Below, piece by piece: positions 20,027 through 31,280 of a DNA stretch of 64,000 nt (positions are counted from its first letter, which is position 1; each line of letters starts with the position of its first letter). The DNA is from a virus (Duplodnaviria; Caudoviricetes), in the IMG/VR virus record IMGVR_UViG_3300023179_000070, positions 18,053 to 82,052 of that record. One strand, given 5' to 3'. The position numbers and the translations under genes are program-made. The notes under the pieces were generated by a model. That model searched no databases. It was not told the DNA's origin and saw only the letters and a program-made list of their open reading frames with translations.

Positions 20027-21507
20027 AATAATTCTCCATCATTTGCATTTGCATCATTAAGTTCATATTGTTCTCTTTGACGCTCTGCTACATCTGCGAG
20101 TGATCCTCTTTCTTCGATATTAAAATTTTGAACATTATAGTTTAGATAATTTTGCGACCAGATTTCTTTACCTGTGCAATCTAATCTTCTTACTAAATCT
20201 TGATGACCCGCCGCATCTTTTCCTTGGAATCTAGTTTTAGTTGGAATCAATTTGTGCGTTCCAAATGTTTGACCATCAAGAGTAATTTCATCTAAAGTTT
20301 TTCTTCTAAAGATTGCTACGAATGACGCAAACCATTGTAATCTATCTGAAAGAGAAATTACAGAACTATCATCCACAACTTCTGAACCTTTTCTATTAAA
20401 ACTTTCGCCAGTTCTATTTAATTGCATAGCTGTAATAATTGGACAATGAATTTCTTCTGAAATTCTTTTTAATTTATCAATCTTGTCGCCAATAGCTTGA
20501 TGCTCTGCCCAATTTTGACCCACTTTTTCTCCAGTCAATTTGATATAATCATAAGCAATCATAGCTTGATTACCTCTGCCGACTTTAGAAAGATACCATC
20601 TACGAATAATAGAGCATACTTGATCAATATTTTTATTTCCTACATGATAATGAAAATATTCATATTTCTTGACTTTATCCCAAGCTTCTCTTACTTTTTT
20701 TGTCATTTCTTCATTTTTACGCCAATTACCAGTTTCAAGATACCAAACTGGAACTCCACTTAAAGACGCAACCATTCTTAATTGAATATCTACTGTTTGC
20801 ATTTCAGTATCAAGAATAAGAGTTTTAGTTTTGTTTTTAGGATTAATTGAAGTTTTAAAACAGATATCATTTAACCAAGTTGATTTTCCTTGACCTGGTC
20901 TACTTGCAATTGCATAAATATTACCATTTTTTAATCCACCATACATTCTATTAAATTCGGAATATGGAGTTATCAAGCCAGTATCTTCTTTAGGGCTATT
21001 TCCAATTTCTTCAACAAGATCTTCAACTCCTTCAAAAATATTAATTGGCACATCATTTTCTGAATATGATGATATCTTTTTATTATAAATTTGATCAATT
21101 TTACCAATGATCTCATCCATTGAATCTTCGGAGTTTTTATTTACATATTCTTTTAATTTATCTGCCGTTTGAGATATTTCTCTACGAACTCTTAATTTAA
21201 TTAACTCTTTACAAGCGTTCATTGTGGCTTCTTCTGTAATCTGTGAAAAGCTTAAATTGTCAATATAATCAAATATATTAATTTCGTCTTTGAATGTAAT
21301 CCCAAGATTCTTAATCTTTTCAGCCAATAAAACTTTATCTACATTTTCACCTTTATGCTTAATATTTTTAAATACAGTATATATTGATGAATGAACATCA
21401 TTATAAAAGTCATTTTCAGTTAAAAATACATCAATATCAGCAAAAAGATCTTGATGCCTTAACAAGCCGCTTAATACATGTCTTTCTACTTGAAGAGAGT
21501 AAATCAT
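20023..21507 (-). CDS. dnaB: replicative DNA helicase
   Basis: Walker A SRPGQGKS, DTEM, YDYIKL, MQLNR. Confidence 0.92.
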   Translation of the reverse strand: MIYSLQVERHVLSGLLRHQDLFADIDVFLTENDFYNDVHSSIYTVFKNIKHKGENVDKVLLAEKIKNLGITFKDEINIFDYIDNLSFSQITEEATMNACKELIKLRVRREISQTADKLKEYVNKNSEDSMDEIIGKIDQIYNKKISSYSENDVPINIFEGVEDLVEEIGNSPKEDTGLITPYSEFNRMYGGLKNGNIYAIASRPGQGKSTWLNDICFKTSINPKNKTKTLILDTEMQTVDIQLRMVASLSGVPVWYLETGNWRKNEEMTKKVREAWDKVKKYEYFHYHVGNKNIDQVCSIIRRWYLSKVGRGNQAMIAYDYIKLTGEKVGQNWAEHQAIGDKIDKLKRISEEIHCPIITAMQLNRTGESFNRKGSEVVDDSSVISLSDRLQWFASFVAIFRRKTLDEITLDGQTFGTHKLIPTKTRFQGKDAAGHQDLVRRLDCTGKEIWSQNYLNYNVQNFNIEERGSLADVAERQREQYELNDANANDGELL

Positions 21508-21560
21508 TCAATATATATAATACCAGAACAAAAATTAAAAGTCAAGTGTAATATTAATAT

Positions 21561-22220
21561 ATGCCATGCGCTTTAACATCTAATACAGATTATCCAGGTT
21601 ATATTAAGGCGATCCTTAAGGAAATCGATGCTGGAAATGATGAAACATTAAAAGCTTGTGCTTGCTCTCTTAAAACTCCAGTAACAGATGAAGGATGTCC
21701 TATTCTTGATGAAGATGGTAAAGTTGGAGCCTTTCCATTTTGTTGGACACAAAGTGATATTAGTGGGGTTGGAGCTAATACACGCTGGCCAGTAGGTGTG
21801 AGTTTAAAGCAAGCTATGAACTTATATTGGAATACTTTAGGATTTAGCATAAAAACTAATCCACCTCCTAGATGTGCAGGAATAGGTCCTGGATGCGCTG
21901 ATATTTTAAATATAGGAGCAAAAGGAATAGATCGAGGCCTTCCAGAAGGTTTTGCTAAAAAAGAATTAGTATGTTTTCATCCATTACTACTTTTATCTAG
22001 TTCAACATCTAGTAGTGTATGTAGTTATAGCTTTCATGTTGAAGACCCTTGGCCATTTGGATGGATTTATTATCCATATGATGTGCAGAAAATAGTTAAA
22101 CAAGGCGACAATTATACATTTTACCCTTGCGCAGGTGATTTTTCATTTAACTGGAGCTACGGTTGCCAAGATTTTTGGAGCATGAATATAGAGAACGAAG
22201 GATCTTTAAAATTTACTTAA
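21561..22220 (+). CDS. Cys-rich protein, constant-N/variable-C family member 1
   Basis: shares DEGCPILDEDGKVGAFPFC and SLKQAMxLYW with 52809..53633; own GTGTAA promoter at 21546. Confidence 0.75.
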   Translation: MPCALTSNTDYPGYIKAILKEIDAGNDETLKACACSLKTPVTDEGCPILDEDGKVGAFPFCWTQSDISGVGANTRWPVGVSLKQAMNLYWNTLGFSIKTNPPPRCAGIGPGCADILNIGAKGIDRGLPEGFAKKELVCFHPLLLLSSSTSSSVCSYSFHVEDPWPFGWIYYPYDVQKIVKQGDNYTFYPCAGDFSFNWSYGCQDFWSMNIENEGSLKFT

Positions 22221-22227
22221 AAAAATA

Positions 22228-22506
22228 TTAATTTTTATCTTCTTGATTATCGTCAAAATCGTCTTCTTGATTTTTTCTGGCTATTTGATCTGTAGTTGCT
22301 TCTAAATTTAATTGATCTATACTTTGACTCCATGTATTTACATAATATAGAAGTGCCATAGCGTTTATTTGATTATCAAATTTCGTAAATACTTGAGGTT
22401 CTCCTTTACTTGAAAAATTAAATAATATATATCCTCCAAAACTGCATTCATCTATTTGCTTTAAAAGAGAGTCTGGTATTTTAAATTTTTTTTTATTAGT
22501 CACCAC
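22228..22506 (-). CDS. hypothetical protein
   Basis: 92 aa ORF behind GTGTAA at 22513-22518. Confidence 0.65.
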   Translation of the reverse strand: MVTNKKKFKIPDSLLKQIDECSFGGYILFNFSSKGEPQVFTKFDNQINAMALLYYVNTWSQSIDQLNLEATTDQIARKNQEDDFDDNQEDKN

Positions 22507-22518
22507 AAATTTTTACAC

Positions 22519-22938
22519 TTAAATAATTAAAATTCCACACTTTTCTTCTATATATTGTGGCGATAGATTTTTCAAGTCATTTTCATAGAGTTCTAAAAAT
22601 TTAAATCCATTCATTTCTAACCATTTTTCTTTTTTTACATCTCTTTTTATACTTTGAAGATATTTTAATCTAGAATTATCATGAAAAAATTTATTGAAGC
22701 TTTCATGTTGATTACCCTGTATTTCAACTGCTATTTTTTTTGTTGCATTTAATAAATCTACTTTAAGCATGCTTCCATAAACTGGAAATTCTTCATAAAC
22801 TATATGATTTTTCCAATATGGATAAAAGAATTGCTTGAATTTAAATTGTAATTTGCTTCTGGATTTTCCAGACCAATCTATTTCGTAGTTTCTTACATTT
22901 TTATTAACGAGAGTTCCGTTAATATTTAATAATCTCAT
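22519..22938 (-). CDS. Vsr/DUF559-like endonuclease
   Basis: VDLLNATKKIAVEIQGNQH..RDVKKEKWLEMNG. Confidence 0.7.
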   Translation of the reverse strand: MRLLNINGTLVNKNVRNYEIDWSGKSRSKLQFKFKQFFYPYWKNHIVYEEFPVYGSMLKVDLLNATKKIAVEIQGNQHESFNKFFHDNSRLKYLQSIKRDVKKEKWLEMNGFKFLELYENDLKNLSPQYIEEKCGILII

Positions 22939-24077
22939 GATGCAAGAGTATTAATAAATTTATTATAAAAATAGTCTACGATTGGTTTATTTTCTTCAAG
23001 ATAGGATCTTAGATTATCTATTCCTTGATGTTGCTTCTTAAGCTCTAGATCTACTTTTTTGAGTTCTTCAATAATTTCATCAGAAAAAGTAACCCATGCT
23101 CCTTTTGCTGTTGCAAATTCCCAAGCTAAAATTTGATCAATAACTTCATATTCTCTCCAAACTGAAGATCCATCTTTACGACCATATTTGATTGGATATT
23201 GAATCTTAGAATTCGTAGATTCATTTGTAGATTTTTTAATAACAATTTTAACATTGTGTCCAATAATCTTATTCTTAACTGGATCATATTTATCATTTGG
23301 TTTTTCAAGAATAAGATCTTTATTAAACTTTGGTTCAAATTCGAGAATCCAATTAGCAAAATGTAATAGTGCATTTCCACCAGTTGCAGTAGTTTGACGA
23401 ATATCTTTATTCGCTGCATAGGGATCAAGTTTAATATCAGATCTGACTTGGCTGATAAAAATAGCCATGTGACCACGCTTCGAAAGTGCAAGAGAAATCT
23501 TTTTCATCAACATTGATGATATAACCGCTCCTCCTGCAACTTTTGTGGCTTCTGTCATGCTTTTTTGAGCATCACCTTTAGTCATCAATCCGTCAACTGA
23601 ATCAAGAATAAATATATACCTCTTATTCTCATCATTAGATTGAATAAGATCTTTCATCAATTCTGAAACTGTTTCAAAAATATTACATTCAAATACAAAA
23701 CAAGTTCCATCAACCCATTCTTTAGGATTGGTTACAAACTTAATTCCAGAACGATCCTTAATTTCTTTGCTCAATCTTCCTTCTGCTTTAAAAAGTAAAG
23801 CTCTTGAATTATCTACTGATTTAAGAAAGTTTTTTGTTACCTCAAGGGCTTCTGAAGTTTTGCCTCCTTCATTCATGCCAATAAATCTATGCAAACCTGG
23901 GCATAAACCACCACCTGTAGCGATATCCAGGTTTAAACTACCAGTAGATACCTTATAATATACTTCATCTTCAAAATTATAATGATCTTCCTTATTGTCT
24001 TTCAAGAATGATAACAGTCTATCTGATGCGCTTGGACCAGATGATTCAATAATTTCTTCTTTAGGTTTTCTTGCCAT
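22935..24077 (-). CDS. recA: RecA/UvsX recombinase
   Basis: STGSLNLDIATGGG, GMNEGGKTS, LDSV, FISQVR, TGGNALLH, KGAW. Confidence 0.92.
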   Translation of the reverse strand: MARKPKEEIIESSGPSASDRLLSFLKDNKEDHYNFEDEVYYKVSTGSLNLDIATGGGLCPGLHRFIGMNEGGKTSEALEVTKNFLKSVDNSRALLFKAEGRLSKEIKDRSGIKFVTNPKEWVDGTCFVFECNIFETVSELMKDLIQSNDENKRYIFILDSVDGLMTKGDAQKSMTEATKVAGGAVISSMLMKKISLALSKRGHMAIFISQVRSDIKLDPYAANKDIRQTTATGGNALLHFANWILEFEPKFNKDLILEKPNDKYDPVKNKIIGHNVKIVIKKSTNESTNSKIQYPIKYGRKDGSSVWREYEVIDQILAWEFATAKGAWVTFSDEIIEELKKVDLELKKQHQGIDNLRSYLEENKPIVDYFYNKFINTLAS

Positions 24078-24399
24078 ATCTTATAAATTCTAACAGAGTT
24101 TTAGGCTTTTGGCAAATCTTTTTATCATTTTGCACTTTATTTTCTTCTAATTTTACTGTTTCTGTATTTAAATTTAAATTAAAACTTTCATATTCTTTTA
24201 GAATAAAAGCTTTTCCTTCTGCTTTAAGAAACCAAGCTAATGAAGGAGGTGGACTACCTAATTCTTTAAGATTATCCCAAAAATCAAAAGAATTAAATCT
24301 TTTAACTAACTTTTGGGCTATTTTAATCTCTCTTGGCCAATTAATATTTCCTTTGACAAATTTTTTAACTATAAATTGACAAAGTTTATGATTATGCAT
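24061..24399 (-). CDS. hypothetical protein
   Basis: 112 aa ORF overlapping the recA start. Confidence 0.6.
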   Translation of the reverse strand: MHNHKLCQFIVKKFVKGNINWPREIKIAQKLVKRFNSFDFWDNLKELGSPPPSLAWFLKAEGKAFILKEYESFNLNLNTETVKLEENKVQNDKKICQKPKTLLEFIRYGKKT

Positions 24400-24425
24400 T
24401 ATTAGTATAATACAATAAATAAATA

Positions 24426-25517
24426 TTAATTACAATCAATTTTTATTCTTTTTTTCCAAGAATCGGCTATTTCAGATAAGATTGAATCTAAGGATTTTGT
24501 TATTTTCCAATTAGGAAAATGTTCTTGAATTTTTGATAAGTCTGATATATAGCAAATATGATCGCCTTCTCGATTTTTTTCCATATATTCATATTTCATT
24601 TTTTTGCCAGTTATAGTCTCTATTTTTAAAAATGCTTCTAATATTGAACAGCTATTATCCCTACCTCCTCCTAGATTATATACTTCTCCAATTTTTGGAG
24701 ATTCTATGAAATTCATCATAAAATTAACTACATCTATAGAATGAATGTTATCTCTAACTTGTTTTCCTTTATATCCATAAATTTTAAATACTCTCTCTTC
24801 TAAATTACATTTTATTAAATATGATAAAAATCCATGTAATTCAACCCCACTATGATTTGGTCCAGTAAGGCATCCTCCTCTTAAACAGCAGGTTTTCATA
24901 TTAAAATACTTGCCATATTCTTGAACCATTATATCTGATGCTAGTTTTGATGCGCCAAAAAGTGAATGTTTGCTATTGTCTATAGAAAAGTTTTCATTAA
25001 TCCCATTTGTATAATTTACATCTTCATAATCCCATCTTGTTTCTAATTCTTTTAATTTTATTTGATTTGGTCTATCTCCATATACTTTATTAGTAGACAT
25101 ATGTATAAAAATCACATCTGGACAAAATCTTCTGGAAGCTTCTAGTAAGTTTAATGTTCCAACTGCATTTGTATCAAAATCTTCGAATGGAATTGTGGCT
25201 GCTAAATCATGACTTGGTTGCGCTGCGGTATGGATTATAATGTCTGGTTTTAATTTTTCTATTAAATTCAATATACCATTTCTATCTCTGATGTCTATTT
25301 CGTGATGTATGAAATTTTTATATTTCTTTTGAATTTCTAATTGATTCCAACGAGTATCTCCATTTGGACCAAAAAATATTGCTCTTTGATTATTATCTAT
25401 ACCATGTACTTCGTAATCTTGTGAATAAAAAAATGCTACAGTTTCGGATCCAATTAAACCCGAAGACCCTGTTACTAAAATTTTTTTTTTAAAGTTATTC
25501 ATTGTTTTTAATATCAT
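24426..25517 (-). CDS. NAD-dependent epimerase (CDP-paratose 2-epimerase-like)
   Basis: [34 protein letters not shown]. Confidence 0.85.
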   Translation of the reverse strand: MILKTMNNFKKKILVTGSSGLIGSETVAFFYSQDYEVHGIDNNQRAIFFGPNGDTRWNQLEIQKKYKNFIHHEIDIRDRNGILNLIEKLKPDIIIHTAAQPSHDLAATIPFEDFDTNAVGTLNLLEASRRFCPDVIFIHMSTNKVYGDRPNQIKLKELETRWDYEDVNYTNGINENFSIDNSKHSLFGASKLASDIMVQEYGKYFNMKTCCLRGGCLTGPNHSGVELHGFLSYLIKCNLEERVFKIYGYKGKQVRDNIHSIDVVNFMMNFIESPKIGEVYNLGGGRDNSCSILEAFLKIETITGKKMKYEYMEKNREGDHICYISDLSKIQEHFPNWKITKSLDSILSEIADSWKKRIKIDCN

Positions 25518-26634
25518 TATCTATCATTTTCTTAATAAGATCATCAAATGAAATTTTGGGTTTCCAGTTTAATTCTTTTCTAGCTTTATCTGATGTTCCA
25601 AGTAAAAGATCTACTTCTGCTGGCCTATAGAATTTTGGATTGATTTGAATTAATATTTTCTTGTCCTTGGAAAGATATACTTCATGTTCTTTTTCTCCAA
25701 TCCATTCACCAATAATCCCAGCATAAGTAAAAGCTTTTTCTGCAAATTCTCTAATTGTATGAGTTTCATTAGATGAGAAAATATATTCTTTTGGTGTTCC
25801 ATCGTAATTTAGATTGTATTTATCTTGATTTAACATCATCCAAACACCTTCTACAAAATCCTCTGCATCACTCCAATCTCTTTTTGCATCTATATTACCT
25901 AATTCAAGTGGTTTAAATTCCTTATTATCTTTAATTGCATTATAAATTCTTGCTACATTTTTTGTAATTTTTCTAGTTACAAACTCTTCACCTCTCCTTG
26001 TACCTTCATGATTAAATAACCATCCTTGAATAGCATAAATATTATAAGATTCTCTATATACTTTCACTAATTGCCTAGAGGCAGCTTTACTTGCTCCATA
26101 TGGGCTTCGAGGTTTTAATGGATGATTTTCGTCTTGTGGGGTATATTGAACATTTCCAAATTCTTCGCTAGATCCAGCTTGATAAAGCCTACAAGATGGT
26201 TTATAGAGCCTAATGGCTTCTAAAATATCGAGTACTGCTGTAGAATTAGTTTGCCAAGTTTGTCTGGCAAAATCCCAACTACTTGCTACAAAGCTTTGAG
26301 CTGCAAAATTAATAAAATAATCTGGCTGTAGTTTTTCTACTGTTCTAGATATAGCGTGAGAATCAGTTAGATCAAAATTAATAAGATAAAATCTATTTGA
26401 ATTGATATGTTTAATATTTTCATGATTATAAACACTCAATCTTCTTACTCCGCCAAAAATAACATAATCTGTATTTTTGAGTAAAAAATCAACCATATGA
26501 CTTCCATCTTGACCAGTTACTCCAGTTATTACTATAGTCTTTCTTCCATTGATTAATTTACTGGCATCTTCAATATTTAATATATTGGCAGTATCTATTT
26601 TTTTACCATAATAGGTTTCTTGAATATTATTCAT
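25495..26634 (-). CDS. gmd: GDP-mannose 4,6-dehydratase
   Basis: [45 protein letters not shown]. Confidence 0.95.
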   Translation of the reverse strand: MNNIQETYYGKKIDTANILNIEDASKLINGRKTIVITGVTGQDGSHMVDFLLKNTDYVIFGGVRRLSVYNHENIKHINSNRFYLINFDLTDSHAISRTVEKLQPDYFINFAAQSFVASSWDFARQTWQTNSTAVLDILEAIRLYKPSCRLYQAGSSEEFGNVQYTPQDENHPLKPRSPYGASKAASRQLVKVYRESYNIYAIQGWLFNHEGTRRGEEFVTRKITKNVARIYNAIKDNKEFKPLELGNIDAKRDWSDAEDFVEGVWMMLNQDKYNLNYDGTPKEYIFSSNETHTIREFAEKAFTYAGIIGEWIGEKEHEVYLSKDKKILIQINPKFYRPAEVDLLLGTSDKARKELNWKPKISFDDLIKKMIDNDIKNNE

Positions 26635-26656
26635 TATATAATAGTATTAATTTAAT

Positions 26657-27649
26657 TTATTTTTTCCAAAAAGAGTACATATTTTTATCTATTTCATAAT
26701 TCATATATTCTACTTTTTTATTTGGAAATTGAATATAATATTGGTACATTTCAGTTATAAGTTTTTCTAAATCGGTATTATCTTCAAATTTTAGTAAATC
26801 TTTAGCTTTTTGATGATCGCAGAATGCATGCACAACTTCTCTTCTTTTTTCAAGAAAAACAATTTTTGATTTATCAAAACCGAATTTTCTTCCAACATTT
26901 AAAACTAATTCGGCTCCATCTTTTATGGTAATTGGTGAATCTGATCCAATATTGAAAAAATGATCATCATAATTAGTTAGTAATTTTTCTATTGGATCAC
27001 ATAAAAATTGGCAATCAGAAAAAGCTCTAGTTTGTAATCCATCTCCAAAGATAGTAATATCTTCGCCAAGTGAAGCTTGTCTAATCCAAATTGCTATTGC
27101 ATTTCTATATTTATCCCAATAGTTTTGATATTTTGATACTACATTATGAGGCAATATTGTTGAGTACTTTAATCCGAAATGCTCATAGGCTTCTTTTAGA
27201 TCCATTTCAATTGCTAATTTTGCTATTCCATATGGATCTTTTGGATTTCTTGTGTCGCTTTCCTTGAATGGAGGGTTACCATCCCCATAAGTTGCAAAGC
27301 TAGAAAAATTAATTAATTTTTTAACATTATGATTTATACAAGCATTTATAATGTTAATTGAGCCTACGAGATTATTCTCATAGTTATATTTTCTAATAAA
27401 AGGGCTTAAAATTTCTGCTGCATAAGCTGCGCAATGTATCACATAGTCTGGTTTTTCTATTTCAAATATTTTATTAATCGAATTAGAATCACAAATATCA
27501 TTTAAATAAAATTTAATATTATCTGGTAGATTTTCCTTAAATCCTCCACTTAAATTATCTAAAGAGATAACATTATATTTTTTATCTAAAAAATATCTGG
27601 ATAAAACACTACCAATCATTCCAGCTCCACCAGTTATTAATATTTTCAT
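26657..27649 (-). CDS. NAD-dependent sugar epimerase/dehydratase (GalE-like)
   Basis: ITGGAGMIG, YGIAK, GDGLQTRAF. Confidence 0.88.
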   Translation of the reverse strand: MKILITGGAGMIGSVLSRYFLDKKYNVISLDNLSGGFKENLPDNIKFYLNDICDSNSINKIFEIEKPDYVIHCAAYAAEILSPFIRKYNYENNLVGSINIINACINHNVKKLINFSSFATYGDGNPPFKESDTRNPKDPYGIAKLAIEMDLKEAYEHFGLKYSTILPHNVVSKYQNYWDKYRNAIAIWIRQASLGEDITIFGDGLQTRAFSDCQFLCDPIEKLLTNYDDHFFNIGSDSPITIKDGAELVLNVGRKFGFDKSKIVFLEKRREVVHAFCDHQKAKDLLKFEDNTDLEKLITEMYQYYIQFPNKKVEYMNYEIDKNMYSFWKK

Positions 27650-28176
27650 TTAATATAAGCTATTAAAATATCATTACTTTCTACGCCATTTTCGAAAGTA
27701 ATTTCATAATTTTGATTAATTTCTTTTAGTTTATTAATTATTTGAGGAATGGTCATTTCATAATAACCTTCTCTAACATATCTTAAATCATCAATCATAA
27801 TAGTGTGATCGTTTCTTTGATGATTATGTATTTGGTTTAATTCTTCAATAATTGGAGAAATTTTTTTACCTTTTGCGGTATGATCTCCAGAAAAATGACC
27901 ATCTAACCAGAAAGTAATCTTATGATTTATATCTTTTGTAATATCCTCTAGTACTTCAGAGCTATCGCCAAAAAATATTTTAATATTACTATTATTTTTA
28001 AATTTCTCTACACAAAAATCATATAATGGCTGAAAAAGCTCGATACTATATAATTCTTTAAAATTATATTTTAGAGCTTCTTCTATTCCTTCTCCTTTAT
28101 ATGTACCAGTTTCAACAAATGCTTCTGATCCATTTGAATATTTATGGAATAAATCTTGTCTTAATGTTGTTGCCAT
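27646..28176 (-). CDS. class I SAM methyltransferase-like protein
   Basis: FVETGTYKG, SIEL, GDS, FWLDGH, IDD. Confidence 0.7.
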   Translation of the reverse strand: MATTLRQDLFHKYSNGSEAFVETGTYKGEGIEEALKYNFKELYSIELFQPLYDFCVEKFKNNSNIKIFFGDSSEVLEDITKDINHKITFWLDGHFSGDHTAKGKKISPIIEELNQIHNHQRNDHTIMIDDLRYVREGYYEMTIPQIINKLKEINQNYEITFENGVESNDILIAYIK

Positions 28177-28179
28177 TTA

Positions 28180-28956
28180 TTAATGATAGTTAGATATGTC
28201 ATTTATTTCAAGATATTTTGTTTTAATATACTCTTTAAATTGTGGGGTTCCGTGATGTATTGTTGGTATTCGAATATAGTTTAAATTTTCTAGCATTAAA
28301 AATATAGCGCAGTATCTTTCAAAAAATCCAGCTTGAATTCTATATTGATTATTTTCATCAAACCAATTCCATTTATTTGAAAGTATCATTACATATAACC
28401 AATTCATCAATTTAGTATAAATTTCTGTTTTTACAATAAATGCGGAGCATAGAGCTATTTCTTTATGCCAATGATCTTCAAGTTTATGATCAGTTTTAAA
28501 AAAATAATTATAATCTTTAATAATTTGCTTATAACAATTATAACCATCTCCACATAATTTATTTCTTTGATTAAGATCCATTAGAATATTTTGATTGTAA
28601 TCCTTAAGAAGCGTAGAATATTCAAATCCTAAAAGATTATTTGGTTGTATATAATTTTCGAAATCTTTATATGGTATTAAAAATTGTATATCATATTGCC
28701 CAAACCCTATGTATTCAGATTGAGTATAAATCTGCGGATTTAAAAATAAATTAAATAAAACTTGTCCTTCTGCATAGCTTTGTGATAATTGAAAATAATT
28801 AGGCAAAGAATTTAATTCTAGCTTTTGTAGTTGTTTTCTGATTTTAGATTCTCCAAAACCTACTTTTGTAAAAATTTTTATATCATTAGGCATAGAATCT
28901 GAAAAAGATTCTTCTACTGTAGAATGATATACGATATAATAATTTAATTTTTTCAT
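28180..28956 (-). CDS. putative glycosyltransferase (DUF4422-like)
   Basis: EYIGFGQYD, AGFFER; inside the glycan cluster. Confidence 0.5.
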   Translation of the reverse strand: MKKLNYYIVYHSTVEESFSDSMPNDIKIFTKVGFGESKIRKQLQKLELNSLPNYFQLSQSYAEGQVLFNLFLNPQIYTQSEYIGFGQYDIQFLIPYKDFENYIQPNNLLGFEYSTLLKDYNQNILMDLNQRNKLCGDGYNCYKQIIKDYNYFFKTDHKLEDHWHKEIALCSAFIVKTEIYTKLMNWLYVMILSNKWNWFDENNQYRIQAGFFERYCAIFLMLENLNYIRIPTIHHGTPQFKEYIKTKYLEINDISNYH

Positions 28957-29684
28957 ATATTATTTATATTATCTAGATAAAATTTTTCGTATGGATATAG
29001 ATTTGCGTCTGGTATATTTTGAATTACTGGATAATCAAACATTCCTTTAATTCCATTTGAATTTGTTGAATATTTATGGTCAAACATAAAAGCTCTATTA
29101 AATAAGGAATATTTGCCTATTCCTTTTTTCATATTGTCTTGATTTTCATTAGAAGATATATTGAGTAAATTTTGAGAAATTATATTTTTGGGATATTGCT
29201 TGTATTTATTTATATATCTAAATACCATATCTCCATCTTCTTCTCCAACCCCAAGCAATCTTTCATCAAAAAAACCTAATTCTATCATTTGAGTTCTATT
29301 AGCTACAAAATGTGACCAGCTTCCATTTATCGTAAATAAATCATTGGTTAAATTTTCTTCTACATCTTGAAAGAATTTTTTATCAGAAATTTTAACATCA
29401 TCATTTAATATTAAGATATTATCTTTTGTCGAGTTAATTATAAGATTATTCCATAATTTGCTTAATGATCTAAAAGATGTAAATATCATTGGATATACTT
29501 TGTCATATTCTGCTAGTAAATTAAGTAATTCTTTTCTATATTTTTGATCAAAATCTTCTCTAAGTGAACCATTTATGCATACTATAACTTCTAAATCTGA
29601 ATTATCTTTGATAAATTTAATTAAAGGTTTAAAATAACTATCAAATCTTTTATTAAAGGATACAATTCCTATACAATAATTCAT
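28953..29684 (-). CDS. GT2-family glycosyltransferase
   Basis: LILNDD, GFFDERL..GEEDGD. Confidence 0.78.
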   Translation of the reverse strand: MNYCIGIVSFNKRFDSYFKPLIKFIKDNSDLEVIVCINGSLREDFDQKYRKELLNLLAEYDKVYPMIFTSFRSLSKLWNNLIINSTKDNILILNDDVKISDKKFFQDVEENLTNDLFTINGSWSHFVANRTQMIELGFFDERLLGVGEEDGDMVFRYINKYKQYPKNIISQNLLNISSNENQDNMKKGIGKYSLFNRAFMFDHKYSTNSNGIKGMFDYPVIQNIPDANLYPYEKFYLDNINNI

Positions 29685-30523
29685 ATTATTGATTTTATTA
29701 TATTATAGATATTGTATTTTGTAAAGTATATTGTTTTTAGCTCTTGCAGATTAAATGTATTATTGTTATTTAAGGCATTAAATACTTCATCTACAGTTAA
29801 ATCTTTTAATTGTATAAAATTATTTTGATCATATATTTGATGAATATTTGGGCATCCATAATAAATTGGCACAGTACCGCATAAGAAACAATCAAAAAAT
29901 TTTTCTGTTACGTAATTTTTTTCTCTACTATTTTCTATAGCTACAGAATATTGATAATCAATTAAACCATCTTTTTTATCTACAATTTGACCCCTTATTC
30001 TTGCGTCAAAAATTGGCCAATTATTTCCATATATATGAAAATTTAAATTTGTATTCAAAAGTTCTAATGCAAGTTTTGTTCTTTTTCCATATAGGTAATT
30101 ATCATTGTTTGGAGTATAACTTGTTGTGAAGCTTAAAAGATGTTTTTTAGGAAAATTTGTATTTAAAAAATAATTAATATTATTAAAATAAAGCATATGA
30201 TATAATAAACACGCTGGATGTTCTTGATAAACTTCAATATTTTTAACTTTATCATCTAATAAAGATAAATCGTGAAAAAATACTTTATTACAATAAACTC
30301 CCAATTCTCTGTCCCAATTATTTGACCAACTTGGCTCCATGATAAATCCAAACGTATTTTCTCTTGAACATTTTTGTTCACAAGTTTTTTTATTAAAAAT
30401 TACTAAATGAGTATAATCATTTTTGTATGTAATTTCTGGTATTTCATAACCAATATAATTAGATATAACTCTATCATAGATAGATTTATCATCTGTCCAA
30501 TTACAATTAAATTTAATTTTCAA
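29681..30523 (-). CDS. GT10 fucosyltransferase-like
   Basis: YQYSVAIENS..NYVTEKFFDCFLCGTVPIYYG fucosyltransferase motif. Confidence 0.85.
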   Translation of the reverse strand: MKIKFNCNWTDDKSIYDRVISNYIGYEIPEITYKNDYTHLVIFNKKTCEQKCSRENTFGFIMEPSWSNNWDRELGVYCNKVFFHDLSLLDDKVKNIEVYQEHPACLLYHMLYFNNINYFLNTNFPKKHLLSFTTSYTPNNDNYLYGKRTKLALELLNTNLNFHIYGNNWPIFDARIRGQIVDKKDGLIDYQYSVAIENSREKNYVTEKFFDCFLCGTVPIYYGCPNIHQIYDQNNFIQLKDLTVDEVFNALNNNNTFNLQELKTIYFTKYNIYNIIKSII

Positions 30524-31280
30524 GATTTTTTATATAATAATTATTTACAACTGTTGGTCGAATTATACTTTTATCTTCTTGCGCGATTTTAACTTGATTG
30601 AGGTATAGGTCTTTATCTTTTGTATCTAATATTGTTACCTCATTGATTCTTGCGTGTTTTATATGTAAGAAATAAAAATCCATATATTCTTGTTTTATCC
30701 CCATTCTTTGTAGTCTATATGCTATATCATTATCTTCTCCACCCCAAACAGTAAATCTTTCATCGTAACCACCCATATTTTTTAAAGTTAAAAAATCAAC
30801 AAGAAAAAATCCACTAGCATCACTCGATCTAATTGTCTCTATTGGCATATTATCTGAATGAGTATAGTTGTTAAAATCAAAAGCGTTGCGATCCGCTGAA
30901 TCGTACCACCTTGCTGTTAGAAATTTTTCTTTAAAATTAGTATTTTTTACATATTCAAGAAAATTATTAAAATCTCTATCTAATGTAAAAATATCAGAAT
31001 CTAAACAACAAAAAATCTCTGGTTCTTGATTTTTTATTATTAAATCTTTAATGGCATAATTTATTTTAAATGATCTATAATATTCTAATGATTCTAAATT
31101 GATATGATTACTATCATCTGTTAATTTTTCTTTTCCAAAACAATATGGGAATACTTGCGAAGAGATTCCATTATAATTTAAGAAATTTGAAAGTTTTTTT
31201 ACTCTATTCAAAGAGAATTTAAAATTTTCTTTTCTTTCTTGAGCATCTCCCCATGTTAAAATAACAAAAGCTATTTTCAT
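30513..31280 (-). CDS. GT2/GT7-like galactosyltransferase
   Basis: LDSD and GGYDERFTVWGGEDND. Confidence 0.8.
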   Translation of the reverse strand: MKIAFVILTWGDAQERKENFKFSLNRVKKLSNFLNYNGISSQVFPYCFGKEKLTDDSNHINLESLEYYRSFKINYAIKDLIIKNQEPEIFCCLDSDIFTLDRDFNNFLEYVKNTNFKEKFLTARWYDSADRNAFDFNNYTHSDNMPIETIRSSDASGFFLVDFLTLKNMGGYDERFTVWGGEDNDIAYRLQRMGIKQEYMDFYFLHIKHARINEVTILDTKDKDLYLNQVKIAQEDKSIIRPTVVNNYYIKNLEN